Source of the DNA: Octopus bimaculoides
Lineage: Eukaryota
DNA length: 41,085 nt
Direction: 5' to 3'
Assembly (NCBI RefSeq): GCF_001194135.2
Contig: NC_068997.1
Coordinates: 13,999,369 to 14,040,453 of the forward strand
Each line of letters begins with the position of its first letter. The stretch's first letter is position 1. The translations under genes were made by a program, and so were the position numbers. Below the pieces are notes generated by a model. The model was given only the letters and a program-made list of their open reading frames with translations, ran no database searches and was not told where the DNA came from. Below, piece by piece: positions 23,421 to 34,614 of this stretch.

Positions 23421-23955
23421 TTCATTATCGAACAATGAATGCAGAGCTGACTTTGGGGCAATTTGAGATCAGTATATAAAGAAATGCAACAAAATAATGT
23501 GAAACGTTTTTGCCCAATGCTCTACACTGAAGCTGAAAATATTAAATGGATTATGACATGAAAAGTTACATAAAAAAAAAACTTAAGCCAAATAGAAATA
23601 ATTTATTAAAAATAAAATGATTGATATTGTCTATTTTTCATGTAAGAAAAAATGAATTGTTAAAGAAATAAAATAAAGGAATACATAAATTAATATATGA
23701 AAAATAACTGATTATTTTTTTTTTTCATTTTTAAATTACTACTATGAGTGATAACAATAATAATAGTAATAATAAAAATATTAACAGTAACCACAACAAC
23801 AAAAATGCTAATGATGTTTGTAATAATTTGCTGCATCACCCATTTGCTATTACTCATGGCTAGTAAATAAGCTGACATGACTATTACCTACACCCCAAAC
23901 TATTTGTGAAATGTTCATGAATTATTTGCATGTATGTGTGTGCATATATACATAT

Positions 23956-23999
<44 letters not shown>

Positions 24000-24224
24000 T
24001 TATATGCGTATGTATTTATCTCTATGTAACACTAAATCATTTTTGCTTGCAAACAACAGCCATAATTTTTGACAAAATATATGTGTAACTGTAAACAAGG
24101 ATGTGTAGTAAGGAAGCTTCCTCCTTTCCAACCATGCAGTCACATGTTCTATCCCAGATTCAGGGTACTTTAGGACCTAGTTATTCAATAAACAGAAATC
24201 AATAAAATAAATACTATACCACAT

Positions 24225-24532
24225 CTCGTCGCCCTTTCAAAGCCTAGACAGGCTCATGGGCCTGGTTTCCCGGTTTCTATGGTGTATATGTTCCCCCCAG
24301 CTGGACGGGATGCCAGTCCATCTCAGCGTTACTCAAGAAACAGGAAGAAAGAGTGGGAGAAAGTTGGGGTGAAGGAGTACAACAGGGTTCATCACCACCC
24401 CCTGCTGGAGCCTCGTGGAGCTTTAGGTGTTTTCGCTCAATAAACACACACAACACCCAGTCTAGGAATCGAAACCGCGATTCTCCGACCGTGAGTCCGC
24501 TGCCCTAACCACTAGGCCATTGCACCTCCACA
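24225..24532 (-). mobile_element. Full-length tRNA-headed SINE with a 12-bp target-site duplication
   Basis: The head on minus reads GTGGAGGTGCAATGGCCTAGTGGTTAGGG...GGTTTCGATTCC; ACTATACCACAT is repeated at 24213-24224 and 24533-24544. Confidence 0.9.
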
Positions 24533-25359
24533 ACTATACCACATACTGGAATCAAAATAATCATGTGACACCCATGCAATACCATTCTATGGCTGCAATT
24601 CAAAAACTGAAACCAGTAACTGAATTAGAGTAATTTGGGGTACTCCATGGAAAATGTTGAGTAATCAAAAGTAAGTGACTTCCACCACTAATTGCTGTCA
24701 GTCTACAATTGCATATTTTAATGTAAACTAACTTAGTCAGCAATTTCATTGTTCTCTTTTAACATTCATGAAATTCAGTGGAGAGCCACACTTAACTTTC
24801 TACCCTCATTCTTTTCTTCAAGAAGTATTTGAATCACTGATTGAGAGCTTACTCTGAAGGACATATATCTGTTCTCAAACCTATCACCCTCGTCCACCTT
24901 GTAATCCTTTTTTTTTATCTACCATGTAAATGAAAGCAGCCTGCTTTTTGTTGCCAATTGAAAGTGGTGCATTGATCTTAATGATAATTTTGGTTAATAT
25001 CAGGTCCCATGCATCCATACATAAGACCTCAAATCAGTAATGCTTGGATACAGAACAAGTATGTGCCAGTTTGTTTCATTACACTGCACATGTCTTGGAC
25101 AGATTTTATAGCTTACCTACACCAACATTATGGCCAGACCTGCAGAATTATCCTGCAAATCAGTGCCACTCTGTAACACTGCCAGACCTAGTACTTTCAG
25201 TAACTGCTCATAAACCCAGACCTACAAGCACTCCAGAAGTGACTATTCAGTCTGTTCTCATCAAAACCTTGGATTATTATCAGGCTAGCATCACAAATGT
25301 CTTCCGACATTCATGACATGTAAAGTCTCACCTCTGCATGTTACCATTGTCTATCCAAG

Positions 25360-25427
25360 AAAAAAAAAATCACTCGACTTGAGCGGATACAGCCTGGCCC
25401 TGGTGTCTCACAGATTTTGCTAACAGA
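25360..25427 (+). CDS. Candidate coding exon (phase 0 to 2): KKKITRLERIQPGPGVSQILLT(E)
   Basis: Acceptor accattgtctatccaag, donor AGA/gtgata. It bridges the phases of the 22909 and 28740 exons exactly. Confidence 0.45.
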
Positions 25428-25587
25428 GTGATAGAACCCTAAACAAATGCAATAAGGCTTTTAAGTCAAACTTCTAACAGTTTCATTTGGTGCATTTTCT
25501 ATTAATCCCGAAAGGATGAAAGGCAAAGCTGGATTTGAACTCAGAACACCAAGTACCAGAACAATTTACTATGAGACAATCTATCCA

Positions 25588-25922
25588 GGACTTATTCTTT
25601 GTAAGCCTAGTACTTATTGTATCAGTCTCTTTTGTTGAACTGCTAATTTACGGGGACATAGACACACCAGCATCGGTTGTCAAGCGATGTTGGGGGGACA
25701 AACACAGATACACACATACATAAATATCATGTAACCTCGTGGGCATCGGTACCATTTTCCTCTTTCTCCGTTCTTCCATTCTCCGAACTTTCCATCTTTC
25801 CGACGAAGGGCTACGCCCGAAACGTCATACACTCTCTCTTTCCTTTCCTGAGCGTCCAATAATACTATCCATATCACGTCCTCATTTTGTTGTTTTTTTG
25901 TTTTTTTGTTATTGTGTTTTTG

Positions 25923-25972
<50 letters not shown>

Positions 25973-26129
25973 GGCTTCTTTCAGTTTCCATCTACCAAAT
26001 CCACTCACAAGGCTTTGGTCAGCCCAAGGCTATAGTGGAAGACACTTGCCCAAGGTGCCACGCAGTGGGACTGAACCCGGAGCCATGTAGTTGGTAAGCA
26101 AGCTACTTACCACACAGCCACTCCTATGC
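25588..26129 (-). mobile_element. CORE-like tRNA-headed SINE interrupted by a nested cassette (25728-25925) and a (TA)n tract
   Basis: The head (25968-26129) and tail (25588-25725) are reverse-complement matches to the 27608-27945 copy; ACCTTGGGCAAGT core motif. Confidence 0.85.
25797..25830 (+). ncRNA. Minimal hammerhead-like motif, degenerate (U4 to C, poor helix I)
   Basis: CCGACGA-A-GGGC-TAC-GCCC-GAAA-CGTC at 25800-25826. Confidence 0.5.
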
Positions 26130-27530
26130 TTATATTGTTCATTTTTTTATGATAGAAAGCGGTAATATGAAGGAGAATTGCCAGCTATTTCTAGCAAAGT
26201 GAACATCCACATGGAGTCTCCCACAAATTGAAACGGTTCCAATGAGAAATTAAATTCAACTTTGACACTGAGGTTTGAACTTGCATCTAAAGTTTAGTTT
26301 AATTCTGTTACACTTTATATGCTGTTTATACTCAGAATTCTCTGATAATTAAATAAAATCCTGAATAAATATATAAACAAACAGTTAAATCTGAAAAATA
26401 ATTAAGCAGCTAAAGAAAAAAAAAACACTCAAACAAACAACCAAAATAACAAAACATAATTTCATTCTCTAATTCTCATCTTCATCTCCCAAGTCACAGT
26501 AAAATGTATGAATGTGCATAAACAACATTATTTGTGCGTTTGTATATATGTATATATATGTATATATGTATGCATATATTTATATCTATATATATATGTA
26601 TGTATATGCATATGTTTATAATGTATTTGTGGGTTGCTTTTATTCTATTTTTTTTTAATAATTTTATATTTTCACGAAGTGGAACATTCCAGATGGTCAA
26701 TGATGACGGAAATGTTTTTTAGTAAGGTATTTAAGAGGTGGCTACCATGTCAGTTGTCTTAAGTTACATTCATCTAAATTATGATAAATTGCCAATAGCA
26801 AGCTAATTGCTTTCCAATAGTGCTGCACCAATAGACAATCTGCACATTTATGAGGAAATAATTACCACACATTATCCTGTTCTTGAAACAAAGATTTGAC
26901 ACAAAACTGTCAAAAATGTTATTTTATTATTCTAGAAATTGCAGTCAACTGCATCAAAATACATTCTACCATAGCCATTCCTCACTCATGCATGAAATTA
27001 GCTTAAAATAAAAATTAGAAAAAAAAATGTAAGGACAATGATTAACAACAATAACAATGATAATGCTACTACTATTATTAATAATAACAACAATGATAAC
27101 AATAATGATAACAAAATGAAAGTAAAAATAATAATTATAATAAAAATTAAGCATAATTTCAATTCTGATTTATAGTAATTTTGTTTTGTTTCGTTTTCTT
27201 TTCTTAATTGTTTCCATTGTTAATTTTTTTCCCATCTCTCCAAACGTTAAAAAAATAAATAAAAAATAAAATAAAATTAAATTAAATTAAATGAAAAACA
27301 CAAAATGAGAAAAATCGTATTCAAGCATGTACATAAAGTGAAAATTAAATCCTGCGGCTGATTGGATAAGATGCAAGACTATTGACACAAAGGCTCAGAG
27401 TTCAAATCCATCTACTAGCCTGGTGATGTACCTTTGAATCAACACCCTTTATGTTCTTGCAAATATTCTTAATATGTACATATATATTATGTATGAATAA
27501 ATATATGTGTATGGATATCTATCTATCTAT

Positions 27531-27607
<77 letters not shown>

Positions 27608-27609
<2 letters not shown>

Positions 27610-27780
27610 TGCAGGAGTGGCTGTGTGGTAAGTAACTTGGTTACCAACCACATGGTTCCGGGTTCAATCACACTGTGTGGAACCTTGGGCCAGTGTCTTC
27701 TACTATAGCCTCAGGCTGACCAAAGCCTTGTGAGTGGATTTGGTAGACAGAAACTGAAAGAAGCCCGCCATATATAGGTG

Positions 27781-27815
<35 letters not shown>

Positions 27816-27945
27816 TTGTGTGTCTGTGTTTGTCCCCGCACCATCACTTGAAAACTGATGCTGGTGTGTTTATGTCCCCGTAACTTAGCGATTCGGCAAA
27901 AACAGACCGATAGAATAAGTATTAGGCTTACAAAGAATAAGTTCT
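27608..27945 (+). mobile_element. CORE-like tRNA-headed SINE with an internal (TA)n/(TG)n tract
   Basis: A box TGGCTGTGTGG, B box GGTTCAATC, ACCTTGGGCCAGTGTCTTCT, tail GTAACTTAGCGATTCGGCAAAA...AAAGAATAAG. Confidence 0.9.
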
Positions 27946-27982
27946 TATCATCTCAGCATTGATGTGTCAGATGAAGATGTTT

Positions 27983-28031
<49 letters not shown>

Positions 28032-28536
28032 TAGAAGGTTTCGAGGTGATGTACAGGAATTATATATTGGAAAAAATAATAAGGTACTCAGATATCTGGA
28101 TGGTTGTACATNNNNNNNNNNNNNNNNNNNNNNNNNNNNNNNNNNNNNNNNNNNNNNNNNNNNNNNNNNNNNNNNNNNNNNNNNNNNNNNNNNNNNNNNN
28201 NNNNNNNNNNNNNNNNNNNNNNNNNNNNNNNNNNNNNNNNNNNNNNNNNNNNNNNNNNNNNNNNNNNNNNNNNNNNNNNNNNNNNNNNNNNNNNNNNNNN
28301 NNNNNNNNNNNNNNNNNNNNNNNNNNNNNNNNNNNNNNNNNNNNNNNNNNNNNNNNNNNNNNNNNNNNNNNNNNNNNNNNNNNNNNNNNNNNNNNNNNNN
28401 NNNNNNNNNNNNNNNNNNNNNNNNNNNNNNNNNNNNNNNNNNNNNNNNNNNNNNNNNNNNNNNNNNNNNNNNNNNNNNNNNNNNNNNNNNNNNNNNNNNN
28501 NNNNNNNNNNNNNNNNNNNNNNNNNNNNNNNNNNNN

Positions 28537-28585
<49 letters not shown>

Positions 28586-28739
28586 ATATGTAAATAATAT
28601 ATATATATATGTATATAGATAGGTCATTTCCACATACATGTTATGTATGTTTCTGTAAATGGATGTCATTTATTTGATATTGCATACAAAAATTATGCAA
28701 TTTCAAGCAAATTAATTCAGAGTTCATTTACTCCTTCAG

Positions 28740-28841
28740 ACATTGTTATAACCGTAATCAACTACGAAATGAACTTGCAAATGTTAGAAGAATTGTCACT
28801 GCTTCATGGATTCGTCCAACAATTGAGCAGATAGACAAAAT
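28740..28841 (+). CDS. Candidate coding exon (phase 2 to 2): HCYNRNQLRNELANVRRIVTASWIRPTIEQIDK
   Basis: Acceptor ttcatttactccttcag, donor AAT/gtaaac; 102 nt open. Confidence 0.6.
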
Positions 28842-28877
28842 GTAAACGTCAATTTTACCTATCACCTCTTTAGTATA

Positions 28878-29078
28878 ATGGTTTCAAACTCTGACACAAG
28901 GCCAGTAATTTTGGCTATGGGGTAAGTTGATTATATTGATTTTAGCACTCAACTGGTGCTTGTTTTATTAGCCCCAAAAGGATGGAGGGCAAAGTTGACC
29001 TTGGTGGAACATAAAAACAGATAAAATGTCACGGCATTTTGCCCAGCATGCTAATGATTCTGCCAGCTTGTCACCTTT
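28878..29078 (-). mobile_element. SINE family A copy
   Basis: GGCAAAGTTGACC, GCATTTTGCCCAGCATGCTAATGATTCTGCCAGCT. Confidence 0.75.
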
Positions 29079-29103
29079 TAGTATAATATCTCTCTCTATA
29101 CAG

Positions 29104-29165
29104 GACTTGAGGCAATTAGTTTAAATAAAATTTCTCTTACGATCCAAAACATCTTCCTCTCAGCG
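29104..29165 (+). other. Exon-like segment with strong splice signals (phase-1 reading GLEAISLNKISLTIQNIFLSA); out of phase with the preceding exon
   Basis: Acceptor tctctctctatacag, donor GCG/gtaagt; 62 nt. Confidence 0.4.
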
Positions 29166-29579
29166 GTAAGTTGGTCAATAAAATGAGATAATCTCTTTGA
29201 TGAAATTCTATCACACATGCTGATAAACCAAAGCCAAAATTAATTCCTAAGTCAAGTAAGATAAATACAAAACCAAAAAGAATAACAATGTGGTACCCTA
29301 ACCTTCCAAGAAAAGCCAATCTTTGAGAAGCTGTCTGAACTATGCTAAGGATATGTTTTTACCAGCAGAAATCTTTGGTAATAATGAGCCCAGCATTTGG
29401 TACAACTGCAAAGACTGTAGCTAAAGAGCTGCTAAGGTTTAGTGGGTGGGGGTATGTTTTGATGGTGTTTTCCTGTGGGAGACTTTTAGCTATTAAAAGA
29501 CCCAACATTGGCATTACCCAACAGAATTATTCAGCTAAGGACTCCATTTTTAAAGCATCAATACATGTAGTCTCTAGAC

Positions 29580-29879
29580 CAGGGGTTGAAGACTATTTTA
29601 TTTTGGTGAACCTCCATAGCCATTTGATTTTTAAAAACTAGTTGTATGTGAAATTTTTTCAAAATTCCTATTTTGTTTATCATACATTAATTTGTGTAGG
29701 TTGAATAACGTAAAATGTTAGAGAAACAAACCTACCTGTTTCTCACAATACATACCAATTCATACATCTTAAGCAAAATTTTTTCAGGGGCCCTAAAATA
29801 ATATTGTGGATCCCCAATTTACTATTTTGTGACGTGGGACCCGGTAAACACTTGTATGGACCCTGGTTGAGAACCACTT
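29580..29879. mobile_element. hAT (Charlie-like) MITE
   Basis: Ends CAGGGGTTG ... TTGAGAACCACTT, flanked by CTCTAGAC (29572-79) and GTCTAGAC (29880-87), matching the NTCTAGAN target of Charlie-type hATs. Confidence 0.65.
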
Positions 29880-30179
29880 GTCTAGACTATGTATGGATGA
29901 TGCATCACCTGATTAGTAAGGGAGAAATTATGTGTCATGTTGCATAAACGTGGATATCATTGGATGTGGTAGTATGTAGGTCAATGAGAGCAAAGAACTC
30001 AACTAACACCATGGAGACAAAGCCAAACCACCAGAGTTGACTGAAAGTGGGGCAGAAATAGTTCCATTAACATATGCAACGAGGGTATGATCAGATAGGG
30101 AGCTGAAAAGCCAAGAGATGAGAAATAGGTAACGTGCATATGTGGAAAATTTTGATAAGAGGCTTATTTGACAGAAATG

Positions 30180-30460
30180 GTCATAAACTTTGTCTAGTCC
30201 AAAACGCTTCTTTCAGCAAACTTCTTGAAAGAAAGCTCCGACTGCTGAGAGCCATAAGACATTCAGTTGCCAGTAGGTCTGGCTCTGTGGGTGATGTACT
30301 GGTAATCACTGAGAAGAAATAGAGATTCAAGGTATTGAAAGCTGTTGTTAATAGCTGTCTCTGTTACCATAGTTGTTAGAGGATAATTACTCAACAGACA
30401 GGGTTGCAAAAGATATTAGATATGTGGCCCTTAACTGTGATATCGGAGAAAGAGAGTACA
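30180..30460 (+). mobile_element. Possible very old RTE RT fragment
   Basis: EKK*RFKVLKAVVNSCLCYHSC loosely resembles the RTE K.R.YKAVV...LLYG.E.W motif. Confidence 0.3.
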
Positions 30461-30534
30461 TGATGAGAGGCTCCACAAAATGTCTATATTTTTACTATGT
30501 AACTGGAACCATCATTTCACTGTTTCTTTTTCAG

Positions 30535-30553
30535 TGAGTTTGTTAGTTTCCTT
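30535..30553 (+). CDS. Candidate 19-nt microexon (phase 2 to 0): (I)EFVSFL
   Basis: Acceptor catttcactgtttctttttcag, donor CTT/gtaagt; joins the 28740-28841 exon to 32667 in frame. Confidence 0.4.
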
Positions 30554-30872
30554 GTAAGTTTGGGTTTATATACATATATATATAGAATATTTGTGGACCA
30601 GAACAAGCCTAGAGATAGAGATTCTCCATTTGTCTCATTGGTCCATAAGATTTACTGACCAAACCATTCTAAGGGCAATAACCCATCCCTTTCAAAGTTT
30701 GGACAGTGTATAATATTTGTTTGTTTACTAAGTAACTGACTGTAATGGTGCTCTTACCATCAGTTTGAAGAGAGGGTATATGCCCACAGCCATTGAAGTG
30801 TGATGAGCCATGTGTAAAGCTGAGTGATTTATGATTGTGAAACATTGGTCACTCTATGACCAGACATATATA

Positions 30873-30918
30873 TCATCATCATCATCGTTTAACGTCCGCT
30901 TTCCATGCTAGCATGGGT
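30873..30918 (-). mobile_element. 45-bp extreme 3' tip of the young RTE family
   Basis: (ATC)n-GTTTAACGTCCGCTTTCCATGCTAGCATGGGTT, identical to the 3' end of the 21074 copy. Confidence 0.85.
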
Positions 30919-31023
30919 TATAACATCATATAAAAACATTACAGCTTTAACTTTTAGAGTGTGTTTCTTTTTCTGGATATAATATCCACTGACAAACTAT
31001 GCTCTGCTAAGGATTATTTCTTT

Positions 31024-31200
31024 GGCATTAGGAAGGGCATGTAGCTGTTGAAACCAAGACCAAATTAGATTAGGGTCATGTAGAGTTCTCCAGCTTACCA
31101 GTTCCTGTAAAATAATCTAACCCATGTTAGCATGGAAAATGGATGCTAAATGATGATGATAATGATGCTAAATGATAATGATGATGCTGATGATGATGAT
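31024..31200 (+). mobile_element. Old RTE-type 3' tail with (GAT)n
   Basis: GGCATTAGGAAGGGCAT...AACCCATGTTAGCATGGAAAATGGATGCTAAATGATGATG. Confidence 0.7.
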
Positions 31201-31262
31201 ACCCATTATATATACACATTATGGATTAAACTCATTGACACCTAGACTGCTCACTTTGAGTT

Positions 31263-31341
<79 letters not shown>

Positions 31342-31529
31342 AGAGTGAGAGGGAGACAAAGACACACGTATATATACAGACACACACTTGCATATCTCTA
31401 TATATGTGGGTAGGTGCAGATGTATATATATATATATATAAGTACATACCAATACACTTACTTATACTTAGTGATGTTATTTATAGCTATATTATACTTA
31501 TATTTATTGGTTTCAAGGAGAATATTAAT

Positions 31530-31715
31530 GTCAAGTTCAACATCATCATCATAATCATCATCACTATTATCATCATCATCATCATCATTATTATTATTAT
31601 TATTATCACTATAAATACTATCATTATAATCACTATTATTATTACTGCATTACTATTAGCATCATCATCAACATCAGCATCACCATCAGCATTATTATTA
31701 TCATTATCATCATGA
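31530..31715. repeat. (ATC/ATT)n trinucleotide tract
   Basis: Directly visible; source of the poly-Ile ORF. Confidence 0.95.
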
Positions 31716-32126
31716 TTACTATTAATTCTTCCACATAAATTTCTTGTTTAGTGTATTATCTTATTTATTATCAGTTCTTTAATCTCGGGAGTCAGGTTTT
31801 ATTAGATAATGACATATAAAAACTTTAATAAATACATAAATATATCATAGTTTATGAGTATCTTAGTCAATGGTCGGTCTCAGCTACTTCACATAGTACA
31901 TTCCACTGTCCGTACTTGTTCTTTTGTGATTTTTCACACACACACACACATTACATCTATATGTGTATATGTGTGCTTGTGCATGTGTATTTGTGTGCAT
32001 ATATACATATATGCTCATAAATATATATATATATATATATATAGATAGATAGATAGATATACATTTACATATGCATATATATATATATATATAACACAAC
32101 ACACACAAATATACATACATACATTT

Positions 32127-32193
<67 letters not shown>

Positions 32194-32666
32194 TATGGTT
32201 TTGCTTGGGCAAAGTGACACTGATAACCAGTTGGTAGAACTCAATACATTTAAGTGTCAGGTAAGTACAGTGTGTAACAATAATAAATGAATGACATATG
32301 AACTGTTGTACAATCATCTACATTACCATACAGCCGTTTCTGCAATTAGCAGCAGAGCAGACTTCTGGTACAACATCCTATATATAGATTCCTCAAAGCC
32401 ATTAACATGATGTATATATATATAGGTATATGCATTCACAAGCACATATCATTGTAACAATATAAGTCAGTTTTTGTGTATGTTTGTCCCTTGATAATAA
32501 ACACTGTGGTATCTCAATAAATTGTCCCAACCTATTTAATCGCTGATAGAAGTTGATGCATATGAAAATATTTCAAAGAAATCTGATTTCTTGAAGATTC
32601 AAAAAAGAAGAATTTTGTACCGCATTATAGCAATACATTGCAACAGCTGCCATCATTTTCTAACAG

Positions 32667-32790
32667 AAGAATGTGCTTTTTTGGAAGAATGTATTGGCTG
32701 ATGCGAACTGGATTCCACTTGAAGGGGAGCAGGAAAGAAAAATATTTGATAAACTTTGCAATTGTCATTTAATGATAGGGAGCTGGTCAG
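32667..32790 (+). CDS. Internal coding exon (phase 0 to 1): KNVLFWKNVLADANWIPLEGEQERKIFDKLCNCHLMIGSWS(G)
   Basis: Acceptor catcattttctaacag, donor CAG/gtgata; 124 nt open; protein-like composition. Confidence 0.72.
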
Positions 32791-33023
32791 GTGATATTTT
32801 GTTGATAAATGCTTAAAACATACGCACACACATACATGCACACACATACGCACACACATACATGCACACACATGCACTGACTCACAAACTAACACATTCT
32901 CACATTGATGAACTAATCTGTCCATGATACATTGACAGACATACCCCTTCACAAACAATAATTAATTATAATATTGATTGTTTACTTCAATGTTTTTGTG
33001 TATCGCACAAAAAAGCCACTTAA

Positions 33024-33250
33024 CCCTTTTGTTACCATATTTCTGTTGAGATGCTCTGTGTTTCTTTCAATTAATTTAAAATATAACAAAGAATTTAAGA
33101 AAATAAATTCATTATCATTATCATTAAACTAGTGTTAGGAACATAAATTGTGATTAAGGTCTGGTGGAAGATTTTAATTTAAAACTTATGAAAACAAGAC
33201 ATTTGTACTCGGAGCCAGAACTGGTTTCAGCCGGATTGCTAACAAAAGGG
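33024..33250. mobile_element. piggyBac-like MITE, 227 bp
   Basis: TTAA-CCCTTTTGTTA ... TAACAAAAGGG-TTAA: perfect 11-bp TIR and TTAA duplication (33020-23, 33251-54). Confidence 0.85.
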
Positions 33251-33334
33251 TTAAGAAACTAATATTTATGTGTGCATGTGTTCTTGTGGCCACATTTTCT
33301 TTTGTACAAAGAATCACATATAGACTCATGCACA

Positions 33335-33500
33335 GATAGACAGACAGACTGATAGATAAACAGGTGGATGGATGGATGGATGGATAGATAGATAGGCAGG
33401 TAGATAGATAGGCAAGTATATATAAATATATATAGACAGAGTGACAGAGATATAGATAGATAGATGGATAGGATGGACAGACAGACAGTCAGATGGATAG
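33335..33500. repeat. Mixed (GATA/GACA/GATG)n tetranucleotide tract
   Basis: Directly visible. Confidence 0.9.
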
Positions 33501-33521
33501 ATAGACAGATATATGTATATT

Positions 33522-33563
<42 letters not shown>

Positions 33564-33622
33564 NNNNNNNNNNNNNNNNNNNNNNNNNNATAGATATATA
33601 TATATATATATATATTCATATA

Positions 33623-33658
<36 letters not shown>

Positions 33659-34164
33659 CTCTTTTTCTTCCCCTCTCTCTCTCTCCGTCTCATTCCCCAG
33701 TGCACACATACACACACTCATTACACACTTCCTTACATATGTGAAAATGTAGAAGAATGGTGACATTATATTTGAAACAATAGACTTAAAATAAGGTCAG
33801 CATGGGCGCTGATACCTGCAAGGGAAGAGACCGATCTGGACTCCACACCATTCAAGTGACTGAAATAACACCACTTGCCCTGAACTGGACACTGCTTCAT
33901 TCCAGGTTTTTAACCTCACAGCTATAGCTGGAACCATTTTGCAGCTGGATGGACTTCTGAAATCACATGAAACGTTTTGTTCAAGAACGTGGGGTAGGTG
34001 TAAGAGGCCAAATCTGGCTGGTTTGAACATGAAAGAGGTAGAATATTTTTGCCAGATATGGCTGGTTTAAATGCTAAAGGGTTAAATAAGTATTGGGGTT
34101 ATTATGGTCAACCAGAAAGCCCTGATGGCATCCAAGCATAGATTCTTACAAATAAATGAAAGAC

Positions 34165-34503
34165 TATGTGTGATATTGGGTTTCTTCCCGACCACACAAT
34201 TCTGAGTTCAGTCATGCAGCATGGAACCTTAAGCAAGTGTCTTCTACTACCAAAATCTAGTGAGTGGATTAGATATATAAAAACAGAAAGAAGCCCATCA
34301 TGTGTGTGTGACAACCGTTAGTAGTGTGTTTACATACTCTTAACTTAGTGGTTTGGCAAAAGAGACTGCTTGAATAAGTACAAGGTTAAAAAAAGAAACC
34401 AAAAGCATTATAATAAGTACTGTAGCCAGTTCATTCAACTAAAATTTCTACAAGGTGGTGCTCCAGCATGGCTACTGTCTTATGACTGAAACAAATGAAA
34501 GAT
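34165..34503 (+). mobile_element. Old CORE-like SINE
   Basis: GAGTTCAGTC...ACCTTAAGCAAGTGTCTTCT...AACTTAGTGGTTTGGCAAAAGAGAC...GGTGGTGCTCCAGCATGG. Confidence 0.75.
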
Positions 34504-34597
34504 AGTGTTAGCCTCCATTTACAATTTCAAATATATTTATTTATTACTTTTATTTTTTAAGATAGGTTGTGAGTGATTTACCTGCTTTTTCTTGCAG

Positions 34598-34614
34598 GCC
34601 CAGTGACGAGATAG
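34598..34614 (+). CDS. Possible terminal coding exon: (G)PVTR*
   Basis: Good acceptor acctgctttttcttgcag, phase 1 compatible with 32790; other downstream acceptors are equally possible. Confidence 0.3.

Noticed and set aside
25044-25316. 90-aa non-repetitive ORF MDTEQVCASL...NVFRHS
   Set aside because: No recognisable motif, and no splice-site pair that fits the exon chain; it cannot be excluded as an alternative terminal exon.
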